From positions 197 through 64,196 of the forward strand of contig CAKPAB010000001.1 in NCBI GenBank assembly GCA_934132805.1: a DNA stretch of 64,000 bases, read 5' to 3'. Below are positions 1-9,974 of the stretch, one piece after another (within the stretch, counting starts at the first letter, position 1; each line of letters opens with the position of its first letter). This DNA comes from an uncultured Clostridia bacterium. GTDB lineage: Bacteria > Bacillota > Clostridia > TANB77 > CAG-508. The position numbers were made by a program, and so were the translations under genes. The notes beneath the pieces were generated by a model. The model was not told the DNA's origin. It searched no databases and was given only the letters and a program-made list of their open reading frames with translations.

Positions 1-190
1 TTGCATTCAAGAATTCTAAAAACATATACATATATACAGTTTTGGCCTGAGTGAGAGAGGCTCCAGTTTTTTATGTTAGATTTTCTTTTTGAACGTAATG
101 AACAGGACGAAATCTCAAATATATACAATTACCCAAGGTGAAGGGGTGCCACACAAACAATAATTTTATTGGCTGTGAACAGTAACTATT
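1..190 (+). repeat. Copy A of a roughly 190-bp interspersed intergenic repeat family, possibly truncated at the window edge
   Basis: Bases 5-190 align nearly base for base with 8145-8338 (attcaagaattctaaaa...tacagttttggcctgagtgagagaggctc...ccacacaaacaataatttta...ctgtgaac.gtaac). They also align in inverse orientation with 7864-8034. Confidence 0.7.
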
Positions 191-203
191 AGTTACAACT
201 CAA

Positions 204-1052
204 CTACTTTTTAAAATGAAATTTATAATAATAAGGCTGTATATCACTCAATAAACTATCCATATAAATCATATTTCCATCAACATCTTGTATCTTAAGA
301 TTAGGAAAAGTTCTTAACATTTTTCTATCTCCCCAATGCTTATATATAAAATCAGAAGCAATTTTATTATCATAAATATCATCATATTTCTGCATTATAA
401 AATCTTTATTAGTAACATTCAAATCATAATTATGGACCATTCTTACCAAGAAAAATGATAATGCTATACCAGTTGCAACGCAATCAATAAGTAACAATAT
501 GGTAACTACAGCTGTTACTATCTTTAAAGCTTTTTCAGAAAGTTTATTTTTTATCCAATCAATTAATCTATCAACTCTTGGGTTAAATGATGCAATTAAA
601 TATAATGCTAAAAAGCCCCAAAATATTGAAAAATAAACACAAATTCTTCCATTTATATTAAGTGGCATATCAGAATAATCCCACCACTTTACACCTAGCA
701 ATATCTCCCCTATCCAGCTAACTAAATATTCCACAATTGAGCCAACTATAAAACCACCTATAAACAATCTTGTATATTTTTTAGAATACTTATGTAAAAA
801 GATAATCATTACAGCTGCTCCAAGTCCATATATTGCACAAAATGGACCATATAAAAAGCTTTGTCTGCTTTCCCAAGTTCCCTTTGTTATTATGCCAAAT
901 ATTGTTTCTATTACATATCCAACTACACTATAAATTATGAAGTATGCCAATATTCTCCATATTGACAACCCCATAATTGTAAATTTCTTTTTATTGTTTT
1001 CCGCTTCTTTTTTATTTTTTTCTGTTGTATTTTCTATTTCATTTTTTGGCAT
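204..1052 (-). CDS. Polytopic membrane protein, putative ABC-transporter type IV / DUF1113-like
   Basis: 282-aa ORF with about 6 hydrophobic helices and a lysine-rich N-terminus. The motifs YGPFCAIYGLGA and GGFIVGSIVEY resemble the PF06541-like family. Recognised from memory only. Confidence 0.45.
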   Translation of the reverse strand: MPKNEIENTTEKNKKEAENNKKKFTIMGLSIWRILAYFIIYSVVGYVIETIFGIITKGTWESRQSFLYGPFCAIYGLGAAVMIIFLHKYSKKYTRLFIGGFIVGSIVEYLVSWIGEILLGVKWWDYSDMPLNINGRICVYFSIFWGFLALYLIASFNPRVDRLIDWIKNKLSEKALKIVTAVVTILLLIDCVATGIALSFFLVRMVHNYDLNVTNKDFIMQKYDDIYDNKIASDFIYKHWGDRKMLRTFPNLKIQDVDGNMIYMDSLLSDIQPYYYKFHFKK

Positions 1053-1091
1053 ACTGCTTTTCTCCTCTCATTCTCTTTATATAATCGCAAA

Positions 1092-2876
1092 CTATAAAAG
1101 TTCTTTTAACTCATTTATTTTTTGATTATAAAATTCAATTGTGCTTTTATAAGTATCTTTGCTTTCCAAATCAACATCAACCATCTTAAGTAAATCTATT
1201 GATTTTTTAGAACATCCTTGTTTTAACATTTCAATATACCTTTCTAGAAAACCAGGCTCATTATTTAGAATTTTACTTGCAATAGCTATTGCTGCTGAAA
1301 CTCCTGTAGAATATTTATATACATAAAAGTCGCTATAAAAATGAGGTATTCTTGCCCATTCGTATTTAATTTGTTCATCTATTACTATATCATTTCCAAA
1401 ATATTTTTGATTTAATTTATAATATATATCATTCAAATCATCAGCAGCAAGCATAACATTGTTTTCAATCTTTTCATGAGCTATTTTTTCAAATTCAGCA
1501 AACATAGCTTGTCTAAAAAAGGTCGCTCTTATATTTTCTAATAATACATATATTAATTCAGCTTTTTTCTTGTTATCTTTCTCCTTTTTTATCTGATAAT
1601 CACTTAACAATATCTCATTAACAGTTGATGCTACTTCTGCAACCATAATAGTGTAATTAGCATCTAATACATTTTGTTCTTTATTTGAATAATATGAATG
1701 CATACTATGTCCTAATTCGTGTGCAATCGTACTTATATCCCTTTTACTATTTACAAAATTAGTTAATACAAATGGATGTACACCATATACTCCCATGCTA
1801 TATGCTCCACCCCTTTTATTTGGTTTTGCATATACATCTATCCATCTGTTATCAAATGCTTCTTGTATTTTATTAATATACTCATTTCCTAATACTTGTA
1901 ATGCATTTAAAACCTCCTGTTGTGCATATTCAAATGTTATTTCATCTTTTCCATGTTCACATGGATTTGCATATAAATCATACATATGCATTTCATTTAA
2001 TTTTAACATTTGCTTTTTTAATTTTATAAAATCATGATTTACTGAAATATTTTCATTTATAGCTTCTATTAAACTTGCATAGACTTTAAGGCTTGCATCA
2101 TCATGTTCAACTGCCTTTTCTAAACTTGAATTATATTTTCTTAATTTTGCAGTTATTGATTTTGCATTAATGTTTGATATATACATTTCTGTTATTGTAT
2201 TTATAAATTCACTATATTTTTTATACATCAAGTTAAAAGCTTGTTTTCTTACATTTCTATCTTTGCTTTTTAAAAATAATGTATATGTACTATCTGTCAT
2301 TTCTACTTCTTGATTATTTTCATCTATTAAAGTTCCGAATTTAAATTCTGCATTTGTTAATATATCAAATGTATTTTCTGGGGCTGATATTATTCCTGAA
2401 AAGTTTGCAAGTATATTTTCCTCTTCTTTACTTAATACATGTTTTTTCTCTTTCAGTATGTCGTTTATATTTCTTTTATAACCACTAAATCTTTCTTCTT
2501 TAATATATTCCTTTATTGTATTTTCATCTGCATATGTTATTTCAGGTGTCATAAATGATGTTGCTATGCCAAATTTTGTACCTAACTCTTCTACTTCTTT
2601 AAATATTTTTATACCATTTTGGTTAGACATGTCTAAATGATATTTTAACATTCCATATGCATATGCTTTTTCAAATTTTTCTAATGCTTGTTCATATAGT
2701 TTGTAACAATTATATAAATTGTCTGATGTAGTACATAATTTTCCTTGATATGTTTTTATTTTTCCTAATATATTTATTATTTCGTTTTTTTCCTTTTGAA
2801 ATTGTTCTTCATTTTCAAAGATGTCTTTTAAATTCCAATTATATTTTTCTTCCATCTTCATCATCCTTTCCTTCAT
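1092..2876 (-). CDS. pepF: Oligoendopeptidase F (M3B metallopeptidase)
   Basis: 594 aa with a HEXXH zinc motif (IAHELGHSMHSYYS). Length and overall similarity are typical of the PepF family. Confidence 0.88.
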   Translation of the reverse strand: MKERMMKMEEKYNWNLKDIFENEEQFQKEKNEIINILGKIKTYQGKLCTTSDNLYNCYKLYEQALEKFEKAYAYGMLKYHLDMSNQNGIKIFKEVEELGTKFGIATSFMTPEITYADENTIKEYIKEERFSGYKRNINDILKEKKHVLSKEEENILANFSGIISAPENTFDILTNAEFKFGTLIDENNQEVEMTDSTYTLFLKSKDRNVRKQAFNLMYKKYSEFINTITEMYISNINAKSITAKLRKYNSSLEKAVEHDDASLKVYASLIEAINENISVNHDFIKLKKQMLKLNEMHMYDLYANPCEHGKDEITFEYAQQEVLNALQVLGNEYINKIQEAFDNRWIDVYAKPNKRGGAYSMGVYGVHPFVLTNFVNSKRDISTIAHELGHSMHSYYSNKEQNVLDANYTIMVAEVASTVNEILLSDYQIKKEKDNKKKAELIYVLLENIRATFFRQAMFAEFEKIAHEKIENNVMLAADDLNDIYYKLNQKYFGNDIVIDEQIKYEWARIPHFYSDFYVYKYSTGVSAAIAIASKILNNEPGFLERYIEMLKQGCSKKSIDLLKMVDVDLESKDTYKSTIEFYNQKINELKELL

Positions 2877-3031
2877 TTATTATGTTTGTATTTTATCATA
2901 TTATTAAAATATTGGCTATAGGTATTTTATATTTTATATACTAATATCATTCTCATAGTCCTTTCTTGACGCAAAAAAAGATATTTTTCATATAATATAT
3001 AAATGTCGAATGAAAGGAGGTTTTGTAAATT

Positions 3032-3617
3032 TTGGAATTAGAACATAAAAAAATAGGTTTTGTTTTAACAGGTTCATTCTGTACATTTAGTAAAACAATT
3101 CCTAAAATAAAAGAATTAGTAAAAATGGGTGCAGAGGTCATACCAATTATGTCTTACAATGCATATAATTTAGATACTAAATTTGGAAAAGCCAATGATT
3201 TTATAAATGAAATTGAGGAAATTACTGGTAATAAGATAATTCATACAATACAAGCAGCTGAGCCAATTGGTCCAAAACACTTGACCGATATTATGGTTGT
3301 AGCTCCTTGCTCTGGTAATACTATGTCTAAACTTGCAAATGATATTATTGATACACCTGCTACTATGGCTGTTAAATCTCATTTAAGAAATAATCTGCCT
3401 GTAGTTATTGCCGTTTCTACCAATAATGCCCTAAGTCGGAAATGCAGTTAGCCTCGGCACTTTACTTAATAGAAAAAATTATTATTTTGTTCCTTTTAGA
3501 CAAGATAACCCTATTAGTAAGCCACGTTCTGTAGTTTTTGATTTTGATTATCTTATAAAAACAATTGAATTTGCATTAGATGGAAAACAAATTCAACCTA
3601 TATTAAAACAAATATAA
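3032..3617 (+). pseudogene. dpaB: Dipicolinate synthase subunit B-like flavoprotein (SpoVFB/DpaB family), interrupted by a 1-nt frameshift at about 3436
   Basis: The N-terminal part (3032-3451) matches DpaB (KKIGFVLTGSFCT...APCSGNTMSKLAN...VSTNNAL). The reading continues in another frame as GNAVSLGTLLNRKNYYFVPFRQDNP (DpaB signature FVPFGQDDP) to a stop at 3615-3617. Removing the c of agtCgga restores one ORF. Confidence 0.75.
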
Positions 3618-3626
3618 GAAGTTACA

Positions 3627-3662
3627 AAAGCAGATAATTATCAACTAATTATCTGCTTTAAA
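3627..3662. terminator. Bidirectional intrinsic terminator between convergent dpaB and the P-type ATPase gene
   Basis: Perfect hairpin aagcagataatta-tcaac-taattatctgctt flanked by A/T runs. Confidence 0.7.
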
Positions 3663-3686
3663 AGTTGTAAATTGTCAGTAAGGTTA

Positions 3687-5987
3687 TTATATTACATTAT
3701 ATTCTATTATTGTAGTCCGCCTAATTAATGAAAATTCTGCTATTGCAAATAGTGTAACAAGTGCAGCTGCTCGTGTTGATATCGCTTTTATTGCAAAAAA
3801 ATCTGGCATAATATTAATTGTTAAAAGAATTCCAAGAATACACAAAGCCATGACACATGCCCTGTATTTATTTAATGGTCTAATAATTTTATATAAGATT
3901 AAAAATCCACCCGTAAAAAATAAATAACTACAAGCTGTTGTTATTTCTTGGTCACCCACATTAAATAATACAGAAAATCTAACCATAGCCACAATCGCTA
4001 AAAACGAAGTTACTGCAGCAGGAAGTGAATTTTTAACCACTTTTTTCAAAAAATTGCCATTTTGCTGTTTCTTTTGATTTTCTTCAAATGTTAATAAAAA
4101 GGCTGGTATACCAATTGTAAATGCACTACCTAATGATACTTGATTTGGCTCTAGTGGATACTGCATTGCAAAAATTATTGAATACACAGAAAGTAACAAA
4201 GAAAATATATTTTTATATGTAAATAATGAAGCTGATCTTGTTATATTATTGATATTTTTTCTTCCTTCATAAACTATGTCTCTCATATTACCAAAGTCTG
4301 AATCGAGTAATACAACTTGCGCTGTTTCTCTAGCTATATCTGCTCCAGCTCCTATAGCAATTGAGCAATCCGCTTCTTTCATTGCTAAAATATCGTTTAC
4401 TCCGTCTCCTGTCATTGCTACTTTTAATCCCTGTTCTTTTAAAGCTTGAATTATTTGTTTTTTCTGATTAGGATTTACTCTTCCAAAAATAATATATTTT
4501 TTTACTGCTTTTTTTATCTCTTCATAGCTTTCTAATTCTCTACAGTCAATATATTTCTCATATCCTTTTATTCCTGCTTGTTTTGCAATTGATGATACTG
4601 TAATTGGATTATCACCTGATATAACTCTAATTTCAACTTTTCTATTGTCAAAAAACTTAAAAATTTCTTTTGCATTTTTTCTTATTTCATTTTTCAAACT
4701 TATAAATAAAATCGGAACATTTTTCTTACCTTCTTCTTTAACAAAAGCAAGTATCCTTTCTCCTTTTTTTGCTCTCTTATTAAGCATCTTTTCAAATGTT
4801 TTATCTAATAATATTTCTGGTGCTCCTAATTTATATGTTAAATTTTCATCAATTTTGATGAATGAAAATTTATTTTTCGAATTAAAATTTTCTTTGCCTA
4901 TATTAGATAATTTTTCATAAGAAATTCCATCCAACTGTTCTTCTATAGAATCCATTGTTATGTTATTATCATCTATTGTATTAATATATTTAGCAAGAAG
5001 TTCTAATTTTGAATTTTCTCTGTCCTTAATTAAGCTAGTTTCTTTTTCATCAAATATGTCCAATACCTTCATTTTATTATTTGTAATTGTTCCTGTTTTA
5101 TCAACACATAAAACATCAACTCTTGCAAGACTTTCAATGCTTTTCATATCATGTAAAATAACCTTTTTCCTAGCAAGCCTTCCTGCACTTATTGCCAAAG
5201 CAACTGTTGTTAATAAGTATAAGCCTTCTGGTATCATTCCAACTAATGCTGATACCATTGAATTAACACTTTCTTTATAAGTATTTCCATTTACATTATA
5301 AGACTCCCAAAACAATAATAATCCAATTGGAATAATGACTATCCCTGCAAATTTAACAATTTTATCAATTGCTAAAATCATTTCAGACTTTGTTTTCTTA
5401 ATTTTTTTTGACTCTTTCATTATTTTTGCAGAAAACGACTCATCTCCAACATTTGTAAGCCTTGCTATTGCTTTTCCAGATACAACAAAACTTCCAGACA
5501 TAAGATTTGAATTTGCATTTTTTTCGATTTCATCCTGTTCACCTGTCAATAAAGATTCATTTACATACATCTTTCCTGAAACTACTATTGCATCAGCTGG
5601 AATTTGATTTCCAGTCTCTAAAGATACATAATCTCCTTCAACAAGATTTTCAGAACTTATTTTTTCTTTTTCACCATTTCTAATTACAATATAATCACTT
5701 TTATCTAGTAATGATAATTTGTCTAATGTAATCTTTGATTTTATTTGCTGGAAAATTCCAATTAAAATATTTATTGTTATAATAATTAGAAACGTTAAAT
5801 TTCTATATGATTGTGATGTAATAAGCAATATTGCTAATATTAGAAAAATTAAATTAAAATATGTAAATATGTTTTTGCTTATTATTTTTAAAATACTTTC
5901 ATTTGCTTTATTTTTTATTTTATTTGTCTTTCCTTGTTTTATTTTTTCTTCTATTTCTTCTGGTGTTAAACCTTTTAGTTCTTCCAT
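3687..5987 (-). CDS. Cation-transporting P-type ATPase (P2-type, Ca2+/cation family)
   Basis: 766 aa with the DKTGT phosphorylation motif (CVDKTGTITNN) and the TGDGVNDILAMKEAD hinge motif. About 10 TM segments. Confidence 0.85.
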   Translation of the reverse strand: MEELKGLTPEEIEEKIKQGKTNKIKNKANESILKIISKNIFTYFNLIFLILAILLITSQSYRNLTFLIIITINILIGIFQQIKSKITLDKLSLLDKSDYIVIRNGEKEKISSENLVEGDYVSLETGNQIPADAIVVSGKMYVNESLLTGEQDEIEKNANSNLMSGSFVVSGKAIARLTNVGDESFSAKIMKESKKIKKTKSEMILAIDKIVKFAGIVIIPIGLLLFWESYNVNGNTYKESVNSMVSALVGMIPEGLYLLTTVALAISAGRLARKKVILHDMKSIESLARVDVLCVDKTGTITNNKMKVLDIFDEKETSLIKDRENSKLELLAKYINTIDDNNITMDSIEEQLDGISYEKLSNIGKENFNSKNKFSFIKIDENLTYKLGAPEILLDKTFEKMLNKRAKKGERILAFVKEEGKKNVPILFISLKNEIRKNAKEIFKFFDNRKVEIRVISGDNPITVSSIAKQAGIKGYEKYIDCRELESYEEIKKAVKKYIIFGRVNPNQKKQIIQALKEQGLKVAMTGDGVNDILAMKEADCSIAIGAGADIARETAQVVLLDSDFGNMRDIVYEGRKNINNITRSASLFTYKNIFSLLLSVYSIIFAMQYPLEPNQVSLGSAFTIGIPAFLLTFEENQKKQQNGNFLKKVVKNSLPAAVTSFLAIVAMVRFSVLFNVGDQEITTACSYLFFTGGFLILYKIIRPLNKYRACVMALCILGILLTINIMPDFFAIKAISTRAAALVTLFAIAEFSLIRRTTIIEYNVI

Positions 5988-6044
5988 AATTTTATTTTTT
6001 ATTGCACCTTCCTATTTAATTATTTACATATTTGTTTATATTTT

Positions 6045-7814
6045 TTATTTACCCAAAATTTCTTTTAATTCTTCATTTCTCTTAACTTTTTTAGTAGTAG
6101 TCTTAATAAGTTCCTTATCTGTCAAAATCATATTCATAATATGTTTATATCTAGGAACAGTAGTATTAACATCGCTTTTAATTTTATCCCAAATAATGCT
6201 TCTAATCTCATCAAAAGAAATATCACCATACTGTTGTTTAACCTCATCCTTATTATAAACAACCTTAACAGAAAGTTTAACATCATTTTTATCAATCTCA
6301 TCAGGCATACCAAATACCATACATTCCTCTACTAAATCTATTCTATTAACTAATGTTTCAATTTCCTCTGGAAAAACTTTTTTACCATTTTTTAAAACAA
6401 TCATATTTTTTTGTCTACCAGTTATAAAAATAAAGCCATCACTATCAATATAACCTAAATCGCCAGTATAAAACCAGCCATCCTTAAGAACATTACTTGT
6501 TTCTTCTTCATTCTCATAATAGCCAAGCATAACATTTGGTCCTTTTGCACGTAATTCCCCTATGCCATTATTATCTTTATTTACTATTTCCACAGTTACA
6601 TTTCCCATAGGAACACCTATTGAGCCAGTTCTTGATTTATGCATATTTTCCGCAGCAATTACTGGAGAAGTTTCTGTAAGGCCATATCCTTGTACCATAT
6701 CTATCCCTAAATCAATAAAACCTTTTTGTATTTTAGGGTCCAACGGTGCACCACCTGAAATAACAAATCTCATTTTTCCGCCTAATTGGTCAATTATTTG
6801 TTTGAATAATTTTCTTCTAATGTCTATATGAAATTTCAATAAAAAATTACTAAATTTTATTGCACTTTTTATAAGTTTTGTTTTTCCTTTTTTTTCTATT
6901 TCTTTTACGACTTTATTATAAATCGCTTCAACTAATAACGGAACACCAACAAATACAGATATTTCATATTCCTTTAAATTTTGTGCTACATATCTTAATC
7001 CATCTGGAAATGACGTTTTGACACCACATGCAAGCATCATTATCAAACATGTTGAGCCAAATATATGATGCATTGGTAAAAATGCTAAATTTGAATCTGT
7101 ACTCCTTATATCTTCAACTTTTTGCATTGCATATACATTTGATGCAATATTTTTTTGTGACAACATTACTGCCTTTGATTTTGATGTTGTTCCTGATGTA
7201 AATAATAAAATATTCATTTTATTTTCATCTATTTTTGCTGATATGTATTCTTTATTGCCTTTTTCTAATAATTTTTGTCCTTCTTCTTTTAATGTATGTA
7301 TATCATTATACCCTGTTAGTTTTGACATACAAATATATTCTTTAACATTCGTTGTATTTCTATTTTTTATTTCTTCTATTTTTTCTATATATTTTTCATC
7401 AAAATAAATTGCATCTGCTTTACTTCTTATTAATGAATTTTCTAATTCGTCTATTTGTAAATCTTTGTCTAATGGAATTGATATTATTCCCCCTAACAAA
7501 CTTGCTAAATGTCCTAGTGTCCATTCATATCTATTTCGTCCTAAAATAGCTATCCTTTTGTTTTTTAGTCCCATATCATATAATTTAGTGCCTAATGAAT
7601 TTATTTGTTCTAAAAGGGTTTTATATGTTATTTTTTCATATGTTTTGCTTTTTCCCTCTTGATGTTTTACTACAAATGCTATGTTACCGGCATATACTTT
7701 TGCCGAGTTATACATTATTTCTTTTATATCTTTAAATTCTTGAACATTTTTTTCTTTTTTCATTGTTTTCTCCTTAATTTTATTATTGTTATATAATAAT
7801 ACACTATTTTTCAA
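6045..7814 (-). CDS. Long-chain fatty acid--CoA ligase (AMP-binding adenylate-forming enzyme)
   Basis: 589 aa with an AMP-binding motif (LFTSGTTSKSKAV) and overall FadD-like architecture (YTGDLGYID..GR). Confidence 0.85.
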   Translation of the reverse strand: MKNSVLLYNNNKIKEKTMKKEKNVQEFKDIKEIMYNSAKVYAGNIAFVVKHQEGKSKTYEKITYKTLLEQINSLGTKLYDMGLKNKRIAILGRNRYEWTLGHLASLLGGIISIPLDKDLQIDELENSLIRSKADAIYFDEKYIEKIEEIKNRNTTNVKEYICMSKLTGYNDIHTLKEEGQKLLEKGNKEYISAKIDENKMNILLFTSGTTSKSKAVMLSQKNIASNVYAMQKVEDIRSTDSNLAFLPMHHIFGSTCLIMMLACGVKTSFPDGLRYVAQNLKEYEISVFVGVPLLVEAIYNKVVKEIEKKGKTKLIKSAIKFSNFLLKFHIDIRRKLFKQIIDQLGGKMRFVISGGAPLDPKIQKGFIDLGIDMVQGYGLTETSPVIAAENMHKSRTGSIGVPMGNVTVEIVNKDNNGIGELRAKGPNVMLGYYENEEETSNVLKDGWFYTGDLGYIDSDGFIFITGRQKNMIVLKNGKKVFPEEIETLVNRIDLVEECMVFGMPDEIDKNDVKLSVKVVYNKDEVKQQYGDISFDEIRSIIWDKIKSDVNTTVPRYKHIMNMILTDKELIKTTTKKVKRNEELKEILGK

Positions 7815-7863
7815 GATTTGTCACTAGTCTTATTGGTCAGTATTCTCAAGTCTTAAAAATATT

Positions 7864-8034
7864 GTTACAGTTCACAGTCCGTAAAATTATTGTTTGTGTG
7901 GTCCCCTTCCCCTTTGAGTAATTGTATATATTTGAGATTTCGTCCGTTTGATTGGAGTGAAAAATAGAAAATCTTAAATAAAAAACTGAGGAATGCTCAC
8001 GGAAAAACTGTATATATGTATATGGTTTGATAAT
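7864..8034 (-). repeat. Copy B of the roughly 190-bp interspersed repeat, in inverted orientation
   Basis: gttacagttcacagtccgtaaaattattgtttgtgtggtccccttcccctttgagtaattgtatatatttgagatttcgtcc is the exact reverse complement of the 3' part of copy C (8145-8338). The remainder is degenerate but retains ccatatacatatatacagtttt. Confidence 0.7.
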
Positions 8035-8144
8035 TCTTTCGGCTTCATTACACAACATAAGAATTTCTAAAAAAATAAATGGCACCCTTCCACTTTGTGA
8101 ACTCTTTCCATTTATTTTTTAAGAAATTCTAATATTGTTTCAAT

Positions 8145-8338
8145 TACATTCAAGAATTCTAAAACCATATACATATATACAGTTTTGGCCTGAGTGAGAG
8201 AGGCTCTAGTTTTTTATGTTAGATTTTCTTTTTGAACGTAATGAATAGGACGAAATCTCAAATATATACAATTACTCAAAGGGGAAGGGGACCACACAAA
8301 CAATAATTTTACGGACTGTGAACTGTAACAAAATGTCA
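8145..8338 (+). repeat. Copy C of the roughly 190-bp interspersed repeat; forms an inverted pair with copy B about 110 bp away
   Basis: Near-identical to 5-190. It ends about 35-75 bp before the start of the flippase gene. Confidence 0.7.
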
Positions 8339-8374
8339 GATTTATAGGGGATACAGAGCTTTGTAGGTATATAT

Positions 8375-9961
8375 TTGATATATACATGCATATTCATTAT
8401 AGAGGTGAAATATTTGAGACAGAAAAGTAAATTATTTTTAATAAATGGTGCTATACTTACCAGCACATCATTACTTATGAAATTTGCAGCACTTATTTTT
8501 AACATATATATATCAAATCAAATAGGAACAGAAGCTATTGGAGTATTCAGTCTAGTAATGGCAGTATACTTATTTTTTATAACAGTAGCTACATCTGGAT
8601 TAAACATTGCAGTAACAGTAATTGTTTCTGAAAAGTTTGCCTTGAATAAAAATAATCAAGCTATAAAAGCGATACGAACATGTATATTTTTTAGCTTATT
8701 ATTAGGCATTACTGCAGGAGGATTAATTTTATTTTTTTCTAGTTTTATTACAAGCAAATGTTTGCATAACATGGTTTCCTCTAAACCGTTATTTTATATT
8801 GCAATTGGGTTACCTTTTATTGCTATGTCTTCATGCATTAGTAGTTATTTCACAACTGTAAGAAAAGCTTATAAAAATGCTATCACACAAATTTTTGAAT
8901 TCACAATTAAAATGTTTGCAACAATAATATTACTAAAAATAAATATAAATAATGGTGTAGAAGCGGTTTGCATTTCACTTATTTTAGCTGATGTAATATC
9001 AGAAGTGTGCTCATTTACTTTAATTTTTATTATGTACATTATAGATATAAAACTTAAAAAATTAGAAAATGTCCGTTCTTTTGGTCAAAGGATTAATATT
9101 TTAAAAATTGCATTTCCAGTAGCCATCACATCATATATACGTTCTGGACTCTCAACTTTAAAACAATTAATAATTCCCACTCAACTTGAAAAGTCTGGAC
9201 TCTCTTGCAATATAGCTCTTTCACAATATGGAATGATTAATGGAATGGTATTACCTGTTATTACCTTTCCTACTGTACTTACTGATTCATATAGTATGCT
9301 TTTAATACCAGAATTTTCAACTTATGTAGCTCAAAAAAATTATAAGGCAATTAATTATATCTCTAATAAAATCTTTAAAGTTACTTGTAGTTTTTCTATG
9401 TGTATTTGTAGTATATTTTTTATATTTGCAAATGATTTAGGGCTGGTTATTTATAATAATGTTGAAATTGGTTATTTTTTTAAGGTTTTTACTCCTTTTA
9501 TATTTTTTATGTATATGGACCACATAATTGATTGTATTTTAAAGGGTTTGAATAAACAGTTTGGCGTTATGTGTTGTAATATTTTAGATTTGAGTGTTAC
9601 TACTTGTTTTATTTATTTTTTGCTTCCTGTTTTGGGTATTAAGGGTTATGTTCTTTCTATCTTTTTTAGCGAAGTTTTGAATTTTAGTATTAGCCTTTTT
9701 CAATTGTTTAAATATTCTAAAATTAAGCCTAATTTGATTGATTGGATAGTGGTGCCTTTTGCTTGTAGTTTGGTTGCTTATTTTATTATAACTGTTTTTC
9801 ATTTTACTTTTGTTAATCTTATTGTTAATTTAGTTTTTAATATTTTACTTTTCATTTTGATTTATATTATTGCTTTTTTTATACTAAATCATATATTAGC
9901 TAAAAAAACAAAAAGATTCATTAATTATTTTTTCTACAAAGAAAAGAGTTCACACATTTGA
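8375..9961 (+). CDS. Polysaccharide biosynthesis protein of the MOP superfamily (Wzx/MurJ/SpoVB-like flippase); true start probably TTG at about 8414
   Basis: About 14 TM helices and a Polysacc_synt-like organisation. A good RBS (aggtga) sits 7 nt before TTG at 8414. The gene is convergent with the glycan locus. Confidence 0.7.
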   Translation: MIYTCIFIIEVKYLRQKSKLFLINGAILTSTSLLMKFAALIFNIYISNQIGTEAIGVFSLVMAVYLFFITVATSGLNIAVTVIVSEKFALNKNNQAIKAIRTCIFFSLLLGITAGGLILFFSSFITSKCLHNMVSSKPLFYIAIGLPFIAMSSCISSYFTTVRKAYKNAITQIFEFTIKMFATIILLKININNGVEAVCISLILADVISEVCSFTLIFIMYIIDIKLKKLENVRSFGQRINILKIAFPVAITSYIRSGLSTLKQLIIPTQLEKSGLSCNIALSQYGMINGMVLPVITFPTVLTDSYSMLLIPEFSTYVAQKNYKAINYISNKIFKVTCSFSMCICSIFFIFANDLGLVIYNNVEIGYFFKVFTPFIFFMYMDHIIDCILKGLNKQFGVMCCNILDLSVTTCFIYFLLPVLGIKGYVLSIFFSEVLNFSISLFQLFKYSKIKPNLIDWIVVPFACSLVAYFIITVFHFTFVNLIVNLVFNILLFILIYIIAFFILNHILAKKTKRFINYFFYKEKSSHI

Positions 9962-9974
9962 ACTCTTTTTAAAT

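Noticed and set aside
937-1125. Plus-strand 62-aa ORF overlapping the end of the membrane-protein gene
   Set aside because: Low-complexity, Phe/Ser/Ile-rich translation of the antisense strand of an AT-rich gene, with no RBS. Typical spurious ORF.
4645-6258. Several plus-strand ORFs of 90-180 aa antisense to the P-type ATPase gene
   Set aside because: Antisense to a strongly supported gene and made of hydrophobic low-complexity sequence. Artefacts of AT-rich codon usage.
7846-8505. ORFs 7846-8085 (-) and 8272-8505 (-) predicted inside the intergenic repeat copies
   Set aside because: They lie entirely within the repeated noncoding element and its inverted partner. No RBS, and the reading frame is not conserved between copies.
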